Shown here piece by piece: positions 32,161 through 40,326 of a DNA stretch of 64,000 nt. A model generated the notes under the pieces. The model was not told where the DNA came from. It searched no databases and worked only from the letters and a program-made list of their open reading frames with translations. The DNA comes from an uncultured Acidobacteriota bacterium (GTDB lineage: Bacteria; Acidobacteriota; Vicinamibacteria; Vicinamibacterales; Fen-181). Numbering within the stretch: position 1 is the first letter of the stretch; each line of letters opens with the position of its first letter. Made by a program: the position numbers and the translations under genes. The stretch is taken from NCBI GenBank assembly GCA_963727765.1, contig CAVSGZ010000013.1, positions 88,491 to 152,490 of the forward strand, read 5' to 3'.

Positions 32161-33724
32161 CCGCCTTCTTCTGCCTGGGCCTTCGCATCAACCACACGAG
32201 CGGGATCATCAGCAGGAACAGGACCCCCAGCAGGTGGAACAGGTCGAGGAAGCTCATGACCGACGCCTGCCGGAGCGTCTCGCCGTAGATGACGCCCATC
32301 GCCTGCCGGCTGCTCTCGACACTCTCCCCGCCCAGCATCCGGCCGAGTGACGACGTCGCCTGCTGCACGCCCGGGTTGTAGGCCGTGATCCCCTCCACCA
32401 GCCGCGCCTGGTGGAACTGCGACCGCCGCGCCAATTCGGTGGTGACGAAGGAAATCCCCATGCTCGATCCCATGTTGCGGATCAGGCTGTAGAGGGCCGT
32501 CGCGAAGCCCATCGACTCGAGCGGGATGGGGTCCATGGCAATCGTGGTCAGCGGCGTGAAGACCATCGCCAGGCCGGCTCCCTGGATGATCTGCGGCCAC
32601 AGGAAGTCGGTGCCCCCGGCCGAGAGATCGAGGCTCCCGTAGCCGAAGAACGCCACGCTCGCGAGGACCAGGCCACTCATCAGCAGGATCCGCGGGTCGA
32701 ACCGTCGGCCGAGGAGGATGCCGGTGATCGGCAGGAGCGCCACCGTGCCAATCCCGCGCGGCGAGGTCCACATCCCCGCAGTGACGGCCGGGAAGCCGAG
32801 CAGCTCCTGCATGAACAAGGGCAGCAGCACAAGACTGCCGAAGAGCACGAAGCCCAGCACGCCGCCGATGAACGTCCCGGTCGTAAATGTCGTGTGGCGG
32901 AACAGGTGGAAGTCGACGATGGGCTCGCGGGTCCTGATCTCCCGGATGACGAACGCCGTCAATCCGACGATTGCGGCGACGAGCAGCGTGACGATCATGT
33001 CGGAGGCGAACCAGTCCGCCTCCTGCCCCTTGTCGAGCATGATCTGGAAGGCGCCCATGCCCACGGCGAGCAGGCCGAGCCCCCACGCGTCCACGTGCCT
33101 CGAGACCCGGCGCATGTAGGGCGGGTCGGTGATGAGGTAGTACATCATCACCAGGCTGGCCATGCCGACCGGGAGGTTCACGTAGAACACCCAGCGCCAC
33201 GAGTAGTTGTCGGTCAGCCAGCCGCCGATGGTCGGCCCGAGGATTGGGAGGGCGATCATCCCGAGCCCCCAGAACGCCATCGCCTTGCCCCGCTCCTCCA
33301 CCGGGAACGCCTCGAGGAGCACGGCTTGCGACAGCGGGACCAGGCCGCCGCCGGTGATCCCCTGCACGACCCGGAAGAAGATCAGCCAGCCGAGCGTCGG
33401 GGCGATGCCGCACAGCAGGCTCGACAGCGTGAACCCGGTGACGACGGTCATCAGCAGCCGCTTTCGCCCGAAGTAGCTGGCCAGCCAGCCGCTGATGGGA
33501 AGGATGATGGCCGCGGCCACGATGTAGGAGGTCAGGACCCAGGTGGCCTCGTCGACGGTGGCCGACAGCGAGCCCGCGATGTGGCGCAGGCTGACGTTGA
33601 CGACCGTCGTGTCGAGCATCTCCATCGCCGCGCTCAGCATGACGGCGATCGCCGGCAGCCAGCGTCCGTGCTGGTGCGGGTGGGCGAGATCGTTCAGTGC
33701 AGGGTCTTCCGCCACAGAGGTCAT
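32132..33724 (-). CDS. MFS transporter, DHA2 (EmrB/QacA, 14-TM) family
   Basis: 530 aa with 'MLDTTVVNVSLRHIAGSL' and 'GWLASYFGRKRLL', and 14 hydrophobic segments. Confidence 0.85.
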   Translation of the reverse strand: MTSVAEDPALNDLAHPHQHGRWLPAIAVMLSAAMEMLDTTVVNVSLRHIAGSLSATVDEATWVLTSYIVAAAIILPISGWLASYFGRKRLLMTVVTGFTLSSLLCGIAPTLGWLIFFRVVQGITGGGLVPLSQAVLLEAFPVEERGKAMAFWGLGMIALPILGPTIGGWLTDNYSWRWVFYVNLPVGMASLVMMYYLITDPPYMRRVSRHVDAWGLGLLAVGMGAFQIMLDKGQEADWFASDMIVTLLVAAIVGLTAFVIREIRTREPIVDFHLFRHTTFTTGTFIGGVLGFVLFGSLVLLPLFMQELLGFPAVTAGMWTSPRGIGTVALLPITGILLGRRFDPRILLMSGLVLASVAFFGYGSLDLSAGGTDFLWPQIIQGAGLAMVFTPLTTIAMDPIPLESMGFATALYSLIRNMGSSMGISFVTTELARRSQFHQARLVEGITAYNPGVQQATSSLGRMLGGESVESSRQAMGVIYGETLRQASVMSFLDLFHLLGVLFLLMIPLVWLMRRPRQKKAGPRAQGQEA

Positions 33725-33773
33725 ATTATAGTCAAGGAGTTCCTGGTGTTCGCCGGCGTCGCGAGCGCGTGAG

Positions 33774-34799
33774 GTGAGGATGTCGATCGGAATCGAGGTC
33801 GAGAGGCTGTCGAAAGTCTACACGTCGCCGCCCGCGGCGGCCGCCGCCCGCCCCGGCGGTTTCTCGCCGTGGAGGTTCGCCAGGCGCAACACCTCGTCCT
33901 ACCGGGTGGTGGCCGTCGACGACCTGTCGCTCGAGATCAGGCCCGGCGAGGTCTTCGGCCTGCTCGGGCCGAACGGCGCCGGCAAGTCCACGACGGTTGG
34001 CATCCTGACGACGATGGTCAGGCCGACCGCGGGCGACGCGCGCATCGGGCCGCACAGCGTCACGCGCGAGCGCGTGGCGGTCAAGCGACTGATCGGCGTC
34101 GTCCCCCAGCGGCCCAACGTCGACCGCAGCCTCACGGCGCGGGAGGTGCTGACCTACCACGCCGCCTACTTCAACGTGCCGGCCGCCGAGCGCGAGCGGC
34201 GCGCGACCCACCTGCTCGAGCGGTTCCAGCTCTCGGACCGGGCTCACCAGCTGGTTCACGGCTTCTCGGGGGGGATGCTGCAGCGGCTGTCGATCGCCCG
34301 CGCGATGATGCACGACCCGTCGGTGCTGTTTCTCGACGAGCCGAGCGCCGGCCTCGACCCGCAGACGCGCATCCTGCTCTGGGACATGGTCCGCGACTAC
34401 AACGCGCGCGGGAAGACAATCCTGCTGACCACGCACAACATGGACGAAGCCGACGCGCTGTGCGCGCGGATCGCCATTGTCGATCACGGGCGCGTCATCG
34501 CGCTCGGGTCGCCCGACGAGCTGAAGCGGTCGATCCCCGGCGGCTACGTGCTGCAGCTGCAGTTCGAGGCGATGCCCGAGGCGCTCTCCGATCACCTGCA
34601 GCAGTTGCCGGGCGTCACCGAGTTCAGGAGGTCCGGCGAGTCCGGGGCCGAGGTGTTCGCCGACCGCGGCGGCCCGCTGGTCGCCGAGATCGTCAACGCC
34701 GCCGTGCAGCGCGGCATCGGCGTCCGCGACATCCACATCTCCGAACCGAGCCTCGAGAACCTCTTCCTGCACCACACCGGACGGAGCCTTCGCCAGTGA
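33774..34799 (+). CDS. ABC transporter ATP-binding protein (DrrA/ABC-2 type)
   Basis: Walker A 'GLLGPNGAGKST', signature 'FSGGMLQRLSIA', Walker B 'VLFLDEPSAGLD'. An alternative ATG start lies at 33780. Confidence 0.9.
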   Translation: MRMSIGIEVERLSKVYTSPPAAAAARPGGFSPWRFARRNTSSYRVVAVDDLSLEIRPGEVFGLLGPNGAGKSTTVGILTTMVRPTAGDARIGPHSVTRERVAVKRLIGVVPQRPNVDRSLTAREVLTYHAAYFNVPAAERERRATHLLERFQLSDRAHQLVHGFSGGMLQRLSIARAMMHDPSVLFLDEPSAGLDPQTRILLWDMVRDYNARGKTILLTTHNMDEADALCARIAIVDHGRVIALGSPDELKRSIPGGYVLQLQFEAMPEALSDHLQQLPGVTEFRRSGESGAEVFADRGGPLVAEIVNAAVQRGIGVRDIHISEPSLENLFLHHTGRSLRQ

Positions 34800-35563
34800 A
34801 CCTCCACGCCCTGCTCGCCATGCTCGCGCGCGACGCGCACGTCGCCCGCCGCAATTTCATCCCGCTGCTGCTGCAGACGCTGCTCCAGCCGATCCTGTTC
34901 GTCTTCGTCTTTGGCAAGATACTCACGACGAGCGGATTCATGCGCGCCGACTACCGGCTGTTGCTGCTGCCGGGCATCATCGCCATCAGCATGATGATGT
35001 CGGGGATCCAGGGCGTGGCGATGCCGCTGCTCGCCGAATTCCAGTGGACGAGGGAGATCGAGGACCGGCTGCTCGCCCCGATCGAAATCGAGTGGGTGGC
35101 GATCGGCAAGGTGATCGCCGGGACCATCCAGGCGCTGGTGGCGGGCCTGGTGGTCATCCCGGCCGCCTGGGTGGTGATGGGCGGGCTCGGCCTGAGCGGC
35201 GATCACGTCCTGTTGTTCGCCGTGCTCGCGCTGCTCGTCGCGTGGATGGCCGCGTCGATCGGCCTCGCGCTCGGCTGCACGGTGGGGCAGACGAACATCG
35301 GCCTGATGTTCAGCCTCGTCATCGCGCCGATGATCTTCTTCGGCTGCACCTACTACCCGTGGAAGGCGCTCGACGCGTTCCCGGTGCTCCAGCGTCTGGT
35401 CCTGGTCAACCCGATGGTCTTCGCGAGCGAGGGGCTGCGCGCCGCGCTGGTGCCGGCCTTTCCGCACCTGTCGGCGACGGCGGTGCTGGTGGCGTTGGTC
35501 GGCTTCAACGCGGCGTTCCTCGGAATCGGCATGCGGCAGTTCCGGAGGAAGGCCGTGTCGTGA
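34796..35563 (+). CDS. ABC-2 type transporter permease
   Basis: GTG start overlaps the upstream stop (GTGA). Six-TM ABC-2 permease pattern. Confidence 0.8.
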   Translation: MNLHALLAMLARDAHVARRNFIPLLLQTLLQPILFVFVFGKILTTSGFMRADYRLLLLPGIIAISMMMSGIQGVAMPLLAEFQWTREIEDRLLAPIEIEWVAIGKVIAGTIQALVAGLVVIPAAWVVMGGLGLSGDHVLLFAVLALLVAWMAASIGLALGCTVGQTNIGLMFSLVIAPMIFFGCTYYPWKALDAFPVLQRLVLVNPMVFASEGLRAALVPAFPHLSATAVLVALVGFNAAFLGIGMRQFRRKAVS

Positions 35564-35669
35564 GACCACCGCCGCCCGGCCCGGTTTCTTTTGGCGGCAG
35601 CGGCGGCACGAGGTAGACTGGTCGCTGGCCGGCCCCCGGCCGGTCGGGCGATCGGCGCCGGATCATCTT

Positions 35670-35745
35670 GGGCCCATAGCTCAGCGGTCAGAGCCGCCGG
35701 CTCATAACCGGCCTGTCCCAGGTTCGAATCCTGGTGGGCCCACCA
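35670..35745 (+). tRNA. tRNA with CAT anticodon (elongator tRNA-Met, or tRNA-Ile2 if lysidinylated), CCA encoded
   Basis: A manual cloverleaf fold gives 76 nt: acceptor GGGCCCA/TGGGCCC, D-stem GCTC/GAGC, anticodon stem GCCGG/CCGGC with loop CTCATAA, and T-arm CCAGG-TTCGAAT-CCTGG. The paired 1-72 position argues against an initiator tRNA. Confidence 0.9.
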
Positions 35746-35832
35746 GCACCAGCATGCCAGACACGCCAGACCTCTCGCGCAGTCCGAAACGCCGCACCGA
35801 GCGGCCCGAACATGGGTGCGCCCCTCTACCAA

Positions 35833-35861
35833 GGCTCCGCGTCGCGGGGCCTTTTCTTTTT
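35833..35861 (+). terminator. Rho-independent terminator
   Basis: GGCTCCGCG...CGCGGGGCC hairpin (35833-35851) followed by TTTTCTTTTT. Confidence 0.65.
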
Positions 35862-35876
35862 GAGCACTGATGCCGC

Positions 35877-36621
35877 ATGGACGCTGACCTCGAACGCCTC
35901 ATCCGCCTCCAGCAGATCGATCTCGCCGCCGAAGCGGCTCGCAAACGCATCGCCGACCACCCAACGCTCGTCCAGTCGCTCGACGCCAGGCTGTCCTCGG
36001 CCACCGAGGCGCTCGATGCCGCCAAGGCCAAGGTCGCCGAGAACCAGGCGGGCCGCCGCGCCATCGAGAAGGACCTCGCGACGATCCAGGCGCGACTGAG
36101 CAAGTTCAAGGACCAGCTGATGGAGGTCAAGACCAACAAGGAATACACGGCGATGCTCAAGGAAATCGAGGCCGCGCAGAACGAGGTGCGCCGCCTGGAG
36201 GACCTCATTCTCGAGCGCATGCTGGAGCACGACGACCTGGCGGCCCGGCAGAAGGCCGCCGAGTCGCGGCTCTCCGCCGACAAGGCGGCGGTGGCTGCCG
36301 AGCGCACAACGGTCGAAGCGGAAACGGTCTCGGCTCGAGCGCGAGCTCGAGGAGACGATTTCGGCCCGCGTCCGCGTGGTGGCCGACGTGTCGGCGACCG
36401 TGCTGTCGATTTACGAAACCGTGCGCGAGCGGCGCGGCACGGCGGTCGTGGAGATCAAGGGGGGCTACTGCAGCGCCTGCCACGTCCGGATTCGGCCCCA
36501 GGCTGCCAATGAGCTCAGGCGCAACCAGATGATCTTCCAGTGCGAGAGCTGCAAGCGGATCCTCTACTTCCCGCCCCAGGGCCCGACGCCGGCCGGACAG
36601 GCCGACGGAGTCGATTGCTGA
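35877..36621 (+). pseudogene. Coiled-coil plus C4 zinc-ribbon protein (COG1579-type), frameshifted as sequenced
   Basis: The N-terminal coiled coil is in frame 3 (to about 36330). The continuation 'LERELEETISARVRVVADVS...GGYCSACHVRI...FQCESCKRILY' is in frame 1. This family commonly precedes rnhA. Confidence 0.7.
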
Positions 36622-37022
36622 TGGTGGCCTACATCGACGGCGGGTCCCGCGGCAATCCCGGGCCGGCCGGATTCGGCGTGCGCATCGAGGATGGCCGAGG
36701 CTCGCTCGTCGAGGAGTGGCATGGCGCGCTCGGCGTCGCCACCAACAACGTCGCCGAGTACCGCGGGCTGCTCGCCGCGCTGACCTGGGCCGTCGAGCAC
36801 GGCGTGCAGGCCCTCGAAGTCAGGTCCGACTCCCAGCTTCTGGTCCGGCAGATGCTCGGCCTCTACCGCGTCAAGAACGCGGGACTTCTTCCGTTGTTCA
36901 AGGAAGCGCGCGGGCTGGCCGCCCGCATTCCGCGCGTCCGCTTCACGCACGTCCGGCGCGAGCAGAACACCGAAGCCGACCGCCTCGCCAATGAGGCGAT
37001 GGACGGCCCCGACGACAATTAG
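36621..37022 (+). CDS. rnhA: Ribonuclease HI
   Basis: 'VAYIDGGSRGNPGPAGFG', 'TNNVAEYRGLLAAL', 'VRSDSQLLVRQM' and 'REQNTEADRLAN'. The ATG overlaps the upstream TGA. Confidence 0.9.
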   Translation: MVAYIDGGSRGNPGPAGFGVRIEDGRGSLVEEWHGALGVATNNVAEYRGLLAALTWAVEHGVQALEVRSDSQLLVRQMLGLYRVKNAGLLPLFKEARGLAARIPRVRFTHVRREQNTEADRLANEAMDGPDDN

Positions 37023-37062
37023 CCGCGTCCGGGCTTCAGGCTCTGGCGTCGGGCCTCTCGCC

Positions 37063-38134
37063 TCACGGCTTTCGCGTCACCACGACGTGCAGCGTCACCG
37101 TCCCATCGAGAAACTGCTTCAGGTTCAGCTCCCACATCCCATCCCGGAACGACGCCCCCGGCGCGACGATTGCCGCTTGGGGCGGGTACGGACGGCGAAA
37201 CCCACTCGACGGCTCCGGGAGGAGCACCCCCGCCGCCTCGCCGAGCGCGGCCCGGTAATCCAGTTGCCCATCCCCGCCGACGCCGGACCCGACCCACGAC
37301 AGCTGGCGATGGGCCCGCAGCGCCACCTCGACAAACCCGTCGTCACGGAGGCGGCCCAACACCGTGCCCGTGACCTCCAGGCGGAGGGGGCTGACCGCGA
37401 CGTCGCGTGCGCTCTGCTCCAGGGCCCATTCCATGGCATCGAAGCGGAAGGGGGTTTGCACGCCGGAGTGGGCCGTCAACTGTTGGTGTTCCCACCGGTG
37501 TCCCAGTCGGCCGTTGTACTCGAGCCAGAGGTCGTAGAGCAGGGTGGCCTGGGGTTGCGGGGCCGGGACGGCGTCCACCATCACCTGCAGCACCACGTTG
37601 GCGCAGACCGACGACGTCGGGTCCGGCAGATAGTCCAGGACCTGGTGCTGCCCGACGTCGAGCTGCACGGTGCGGCGGCCGACCGCTTCGTCGGTGACGG
37701 CACCGGCCCGCCATCGTCCTCGTGCCCAGGATACCGCGAGGGTGACACGACCGGCGGACGCCTCGACCACCTCGACCTCGACCCGCCATCGCACCGCCGC
37801 CTGGGTCGGTTCCGCGATACCCACCGCGGCCCTGCACAGGTTGCCGGTCAATTCCGTGCCCGCCGCGAGAAACCAGGTCCGTCGGTCGCCGGGGCCCATG
37901 GCGCTCTGCACCATCGTTTCGGTCGTCCCGGTCGCGCGGTCCGGGGGCGTGCCCAGCAGATTCGAGCCGGACGAGGACGCGGTCCAGCACCGGTGTGCTC
38001 GCCAGGCTTTCTTGGGGAGCGACCAGGTGAGGAGAGGCTGCGGGCCGGACAACGAGACCGACGGCGGCACAGACACCGACCACGGCGCCGCAGAGTCCGA
38101 CGAGGCTCCGACGAGAAATGGTCTGGCGCATCAC
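37063..38134 (-). pseudogene. Hypothetical secreted protein, third gene of the ECF sigma/anti-sigma operon (apparent frameshift after the signal peptide)
   Basis: A signal-peptide-like start 'M(M)RQTISRRSLVGLCGAVVGVCAAVGLVV' (38134/38131) is in one frame. The 337-aa beta-rich body (37063..38076) is in another, with the junction somewhere in 37960-38080. No known domain. Confidence 0.45.
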
Positions 38135-38137
38135 CCT

Positions 38138-38654
38138 CTACTCCGGACGCTGCACGAGACCGGCGGCCGTGTCCTCCCACCGGAGGAACCGCAGCCGGAG
38201 CTCGGATTCTCGGCGGCGCGCCCCGTTCCACACCAGCCGATCGCGGGGGGAGCGCGCTCGGAATGACCTCGGGCAGCGACCACGTGACCTCGACGGGGGC
38301 GGGTTGGAAGGGGACCGGTGGCCGCTCCACGGCGATGACCTCCGCGGGGCCCAGCAGCGTCCGCACGACGTACCCGGTCGTCGCGGACGCGAGGATCAGA
38401 CCTGCCGCCACCGCCGGCAGGACAAAGCGCGCCATGCGGTCGCGTCGATCCCGGCGACCGAGCAGCGTCTCCATCCGCGTGTAGAAGGCCTCGCTTGGTT
38501 CGACACGGTCCTCCCGTGCCAGGACACTGAGCGCGGCGAAGTCGGCCAGCGCGTCGGCCGCGCCCGGGTCGGCCAGTGCCTCGGCCAGCAGGGCGGGATT
38601 GACGCGCTCGCCATCGAACAAGGCGCTCAGCGCCTCGAGATGCTCCGGTCTCAT
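38138..38654 (-). pseudogene. Anti-sigma factor (single-pass membrane protein), probable frameshift in its C-terminal part
   Basis: The ATG at 38654 overlaps the sigma stop (ATGA). It has an N-terminal anti-sigma-like helix region and the TM segment 'FVLPAVAAGLILASATTGYVV'. After the G6 run (38245-38250) the listed frame becomes Arg/Gly-rich junk. A +1 frame instead reads the protein-like 'DRLVWNGARRRESELRLRFLRWEDTAAGLVQRPE*', ending at 38138. Confidence 0.55.
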
Positions 38655-39170
38655 GGGGTGCCGTCCTCTCCATGTCGCTTCAGGGTACTGCGGACCCGTC
38701 CGCCCAGCCACTCGCGGAGTTGGACCCGTACGCGAAAGAGCCGGGCCCGGACTCCGTCCTCGGTCAGTTCACTCAGCGCGGCAATCTCCGCGTAGGTGAG
38801 CCCCACCACCTCGCGCAGCAGGAAGACCTCGCGGTCCGTGGCGTGGAGGCGGTCCAACGCCTCGTGCAGGCTGAACGCCAGCACCTGGGTGGCGTCGCGG
38901 CCGACGGGGCCCACCGACACCTCCACGACGCGCCGCCCCGAGGCCTGGCGTTGTCGGTCGATGAGCAGACGACGGGCGATGCGAAACAGCCAGACCGTCT
39001 CCTGGCCGGCCCCTTGGCGCCGGGTACTGGCCGGCACGCCGACTCGCCCGGTAGAACACCTCCTGGACGAGGTCCTCGGCATCTTCGGGACGCCGGGTGT
39101 GCCGCAGGCAGTACCAGAACAGGGTGCGGTGATAGCGGTCGAATAGATCGGCCAGGAAGTGCTCAGTCAC
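38651..39170 (-). pseudogene. ECF (group IV) sigma-70 factor, copy A; 1-nt insertion relative to copy B
   Basis: GTG start at 39170. It is nucleotide-identical to copy B (42454-42932) except for GGG at 39022-39024 where B has GG at 42785-42786, which splits the ORF. The region 2 ('DLVQEVFYRA') and region 4 ('LTYAEIAALSELTEDGVRARLFRVRVQL') motifs are present. Confidence 0.8.
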
Positions 39171-39183
39171 AGCGTCTACCCAT

Positions 39184-39212
39184 AAGAACGAACCAGAGCG
39201 CGGAAAGTGTCA
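39184..39212 (+). promoter_or_regulatory. Bipartite motif AAGAACG-N12-GAAAGTGTCA (candidate ECF-type promoter toward the Cys-rich gene)
   Basis: Exact motif halves at 39184-39190 and 39203-39212. The same architecture occurs inverted at 39275-39303. It contains GAAC (-35-like) and GTC (-10-like) elements. Confidence 0.45.
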
Positions 39213-39274
39213 AACCCCCGGGAGGGTGGACTGCCAGAGTCCGATTTCGCGTCTGGCCTCGTCTCCGTCAGAGG

Positions 39275-39303
39275 TGACACTTTCGGCCTCCGCCAACGTT
39301 CTT
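39275..39303 (-). promoter_or_regulatory. Bipartite motif AAGAACG-N12-GAAAGTGTCA on the minus strand (candidate autoregulated promoter of the sigma operon)
   Basis: The plus strand reads TGACACTTTC-N12-CGTTCTT, so the same half-sites and spacing point toward the sigma gene. Confidence 0.45.
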
Positions 39304-39366
39304 GCAGTGTACACGGCTCTGCTAGGCGATGCCCGACCTCACGCAGCGGCTCAACTGGAGGATGGC

Positions 39367-39813
39367 ATGGTCGTCAGCATCGCCTTCCGCCTGCAACATG
39401 CCCCCCGAGCGTTTGCCGACTATGCCGGGCCGGCCACGGTGCTCTACTCGCGCTCGCGGCTGACGGTGGCCGTCAACGACTACGTGGGGTGGACCTTCGT
39501 GGTGGCGCCCGACGACAGCCTCCTCGGCGTGGATGACCTGGGGTACGCGCAGGCGGATGTCACCGGGTTGAGCGTCTTCTGGGGCTCGTTGGTGCACGAC
39601 ACGGCCGACGTCGTTTTCGAGCGCCTCGTGCGGGGCTCCTGCGCCGCCGGCGACGGAGACGGGTGCGCCGACTGTGAGTCCGGTGGGCTGGGCGAGTCCC
39701 AATGTACGGCGAGCTGCGCAGGGGGGGACTGCCAGGCCAAGTGCGCATCAGGGTTCCATGCGTGCTGCAAGTGCCCCCTGAGTTGTGCGTGTTGCGCGGA
39801 CATCGGGGGGTAG
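39367..39813 (+). CDS. Hypothetical protein with a Cys-free 89-aa N-domain and a 59-aa C-terminal tail containing 13 Cys (copy A)
   Basis: SD GGAGGA precedes the ATG at 39367. The tail reads 'GSCAAGDGDGCADCESGGLGESQCTASCAGGDCQAKCASGFHACCKCPLSCACCADIGG'. All 4 substitutions against copy B in the tail are third-position synonymous changes. Confidence 0.7.
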   Translation: MVVSIAFRLQHAPRAFADYAGPATVLYSRSRLTVAVNDYVGWTFVVAPDDSLLGVDDLGYAQADVTGLSVFWGSLVHDTADVVFERLVRGSCAAGDGDGCADCESGGLGESQCTASCAGGDCQAKCASGFHACCKCPLSCACCADIGG

Positions 39814-40326
39814 CGTCGTGATTGTCGTCAGGGCCAGAACGCGAAGGTCAGGTCGGCGCGCGAACGCTCTCTGACCTCGCCAACGCGTGAGGAGGATGTC
39901 GCCATGACCTCTGGTGGCCTTGTAGGAGTGGCGCTGCCCGGCCCGAGTAGACGATATAGACAACACGAAAACGTGGCGAAACGCACATCAAGATCGGCCG
40001 CCGTCGCCCGTCCCAGTCGCTGCTCGGCCTTGTCCTGAGATTCTCGTGCGCGTCGATATCGTACCAGCGCCCGGTGTGTGCCAGACGGTGCGTGTCCCGC
40101 TGCGGCCACCCAACGTGGAGGAGTGATGATGTCGTGCAGACCTCCGTGAGACCCGTGGCGTGCAGCCTCTTCACGCTGCTCCATTTGCGCCGCCGGGGAC
40201 GAAGAACCCAACAAAGAAGTGAGCGATGAAGAGCATGATCGGGCCTCTGTCTCTCGTTACTCGCACGGCCAAGTAAACCTGGACACGCGGCCATCGCTGT
40301 CCCGCGTTTCCCAAGGAGGTCGTACC

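Larger units (their letters stand above)
38691..39818. repeat. Direct repeat copy A (1128 nt; sigma gene, divergent intergenic region and Cys-rich gene)
   Basis: Hand alignment against 42454-43597 shows about 10 substitutions, one 1-nt indel and one 17-nt indel. Confidence 0.9.

Noticed and set aside
39828-40294. Minus-strand ORFs (128 and 148 aa) between the Cys-rich and secreted genes of cassette A; their counterpart is 43259..43765
   Set aside because: The partial conservation between cassettes is explained by nucleotide identity of the leader region. There is no SD or start context and the composition is junk-like. These ORFs cannot be distinguished from shadow ORFs.
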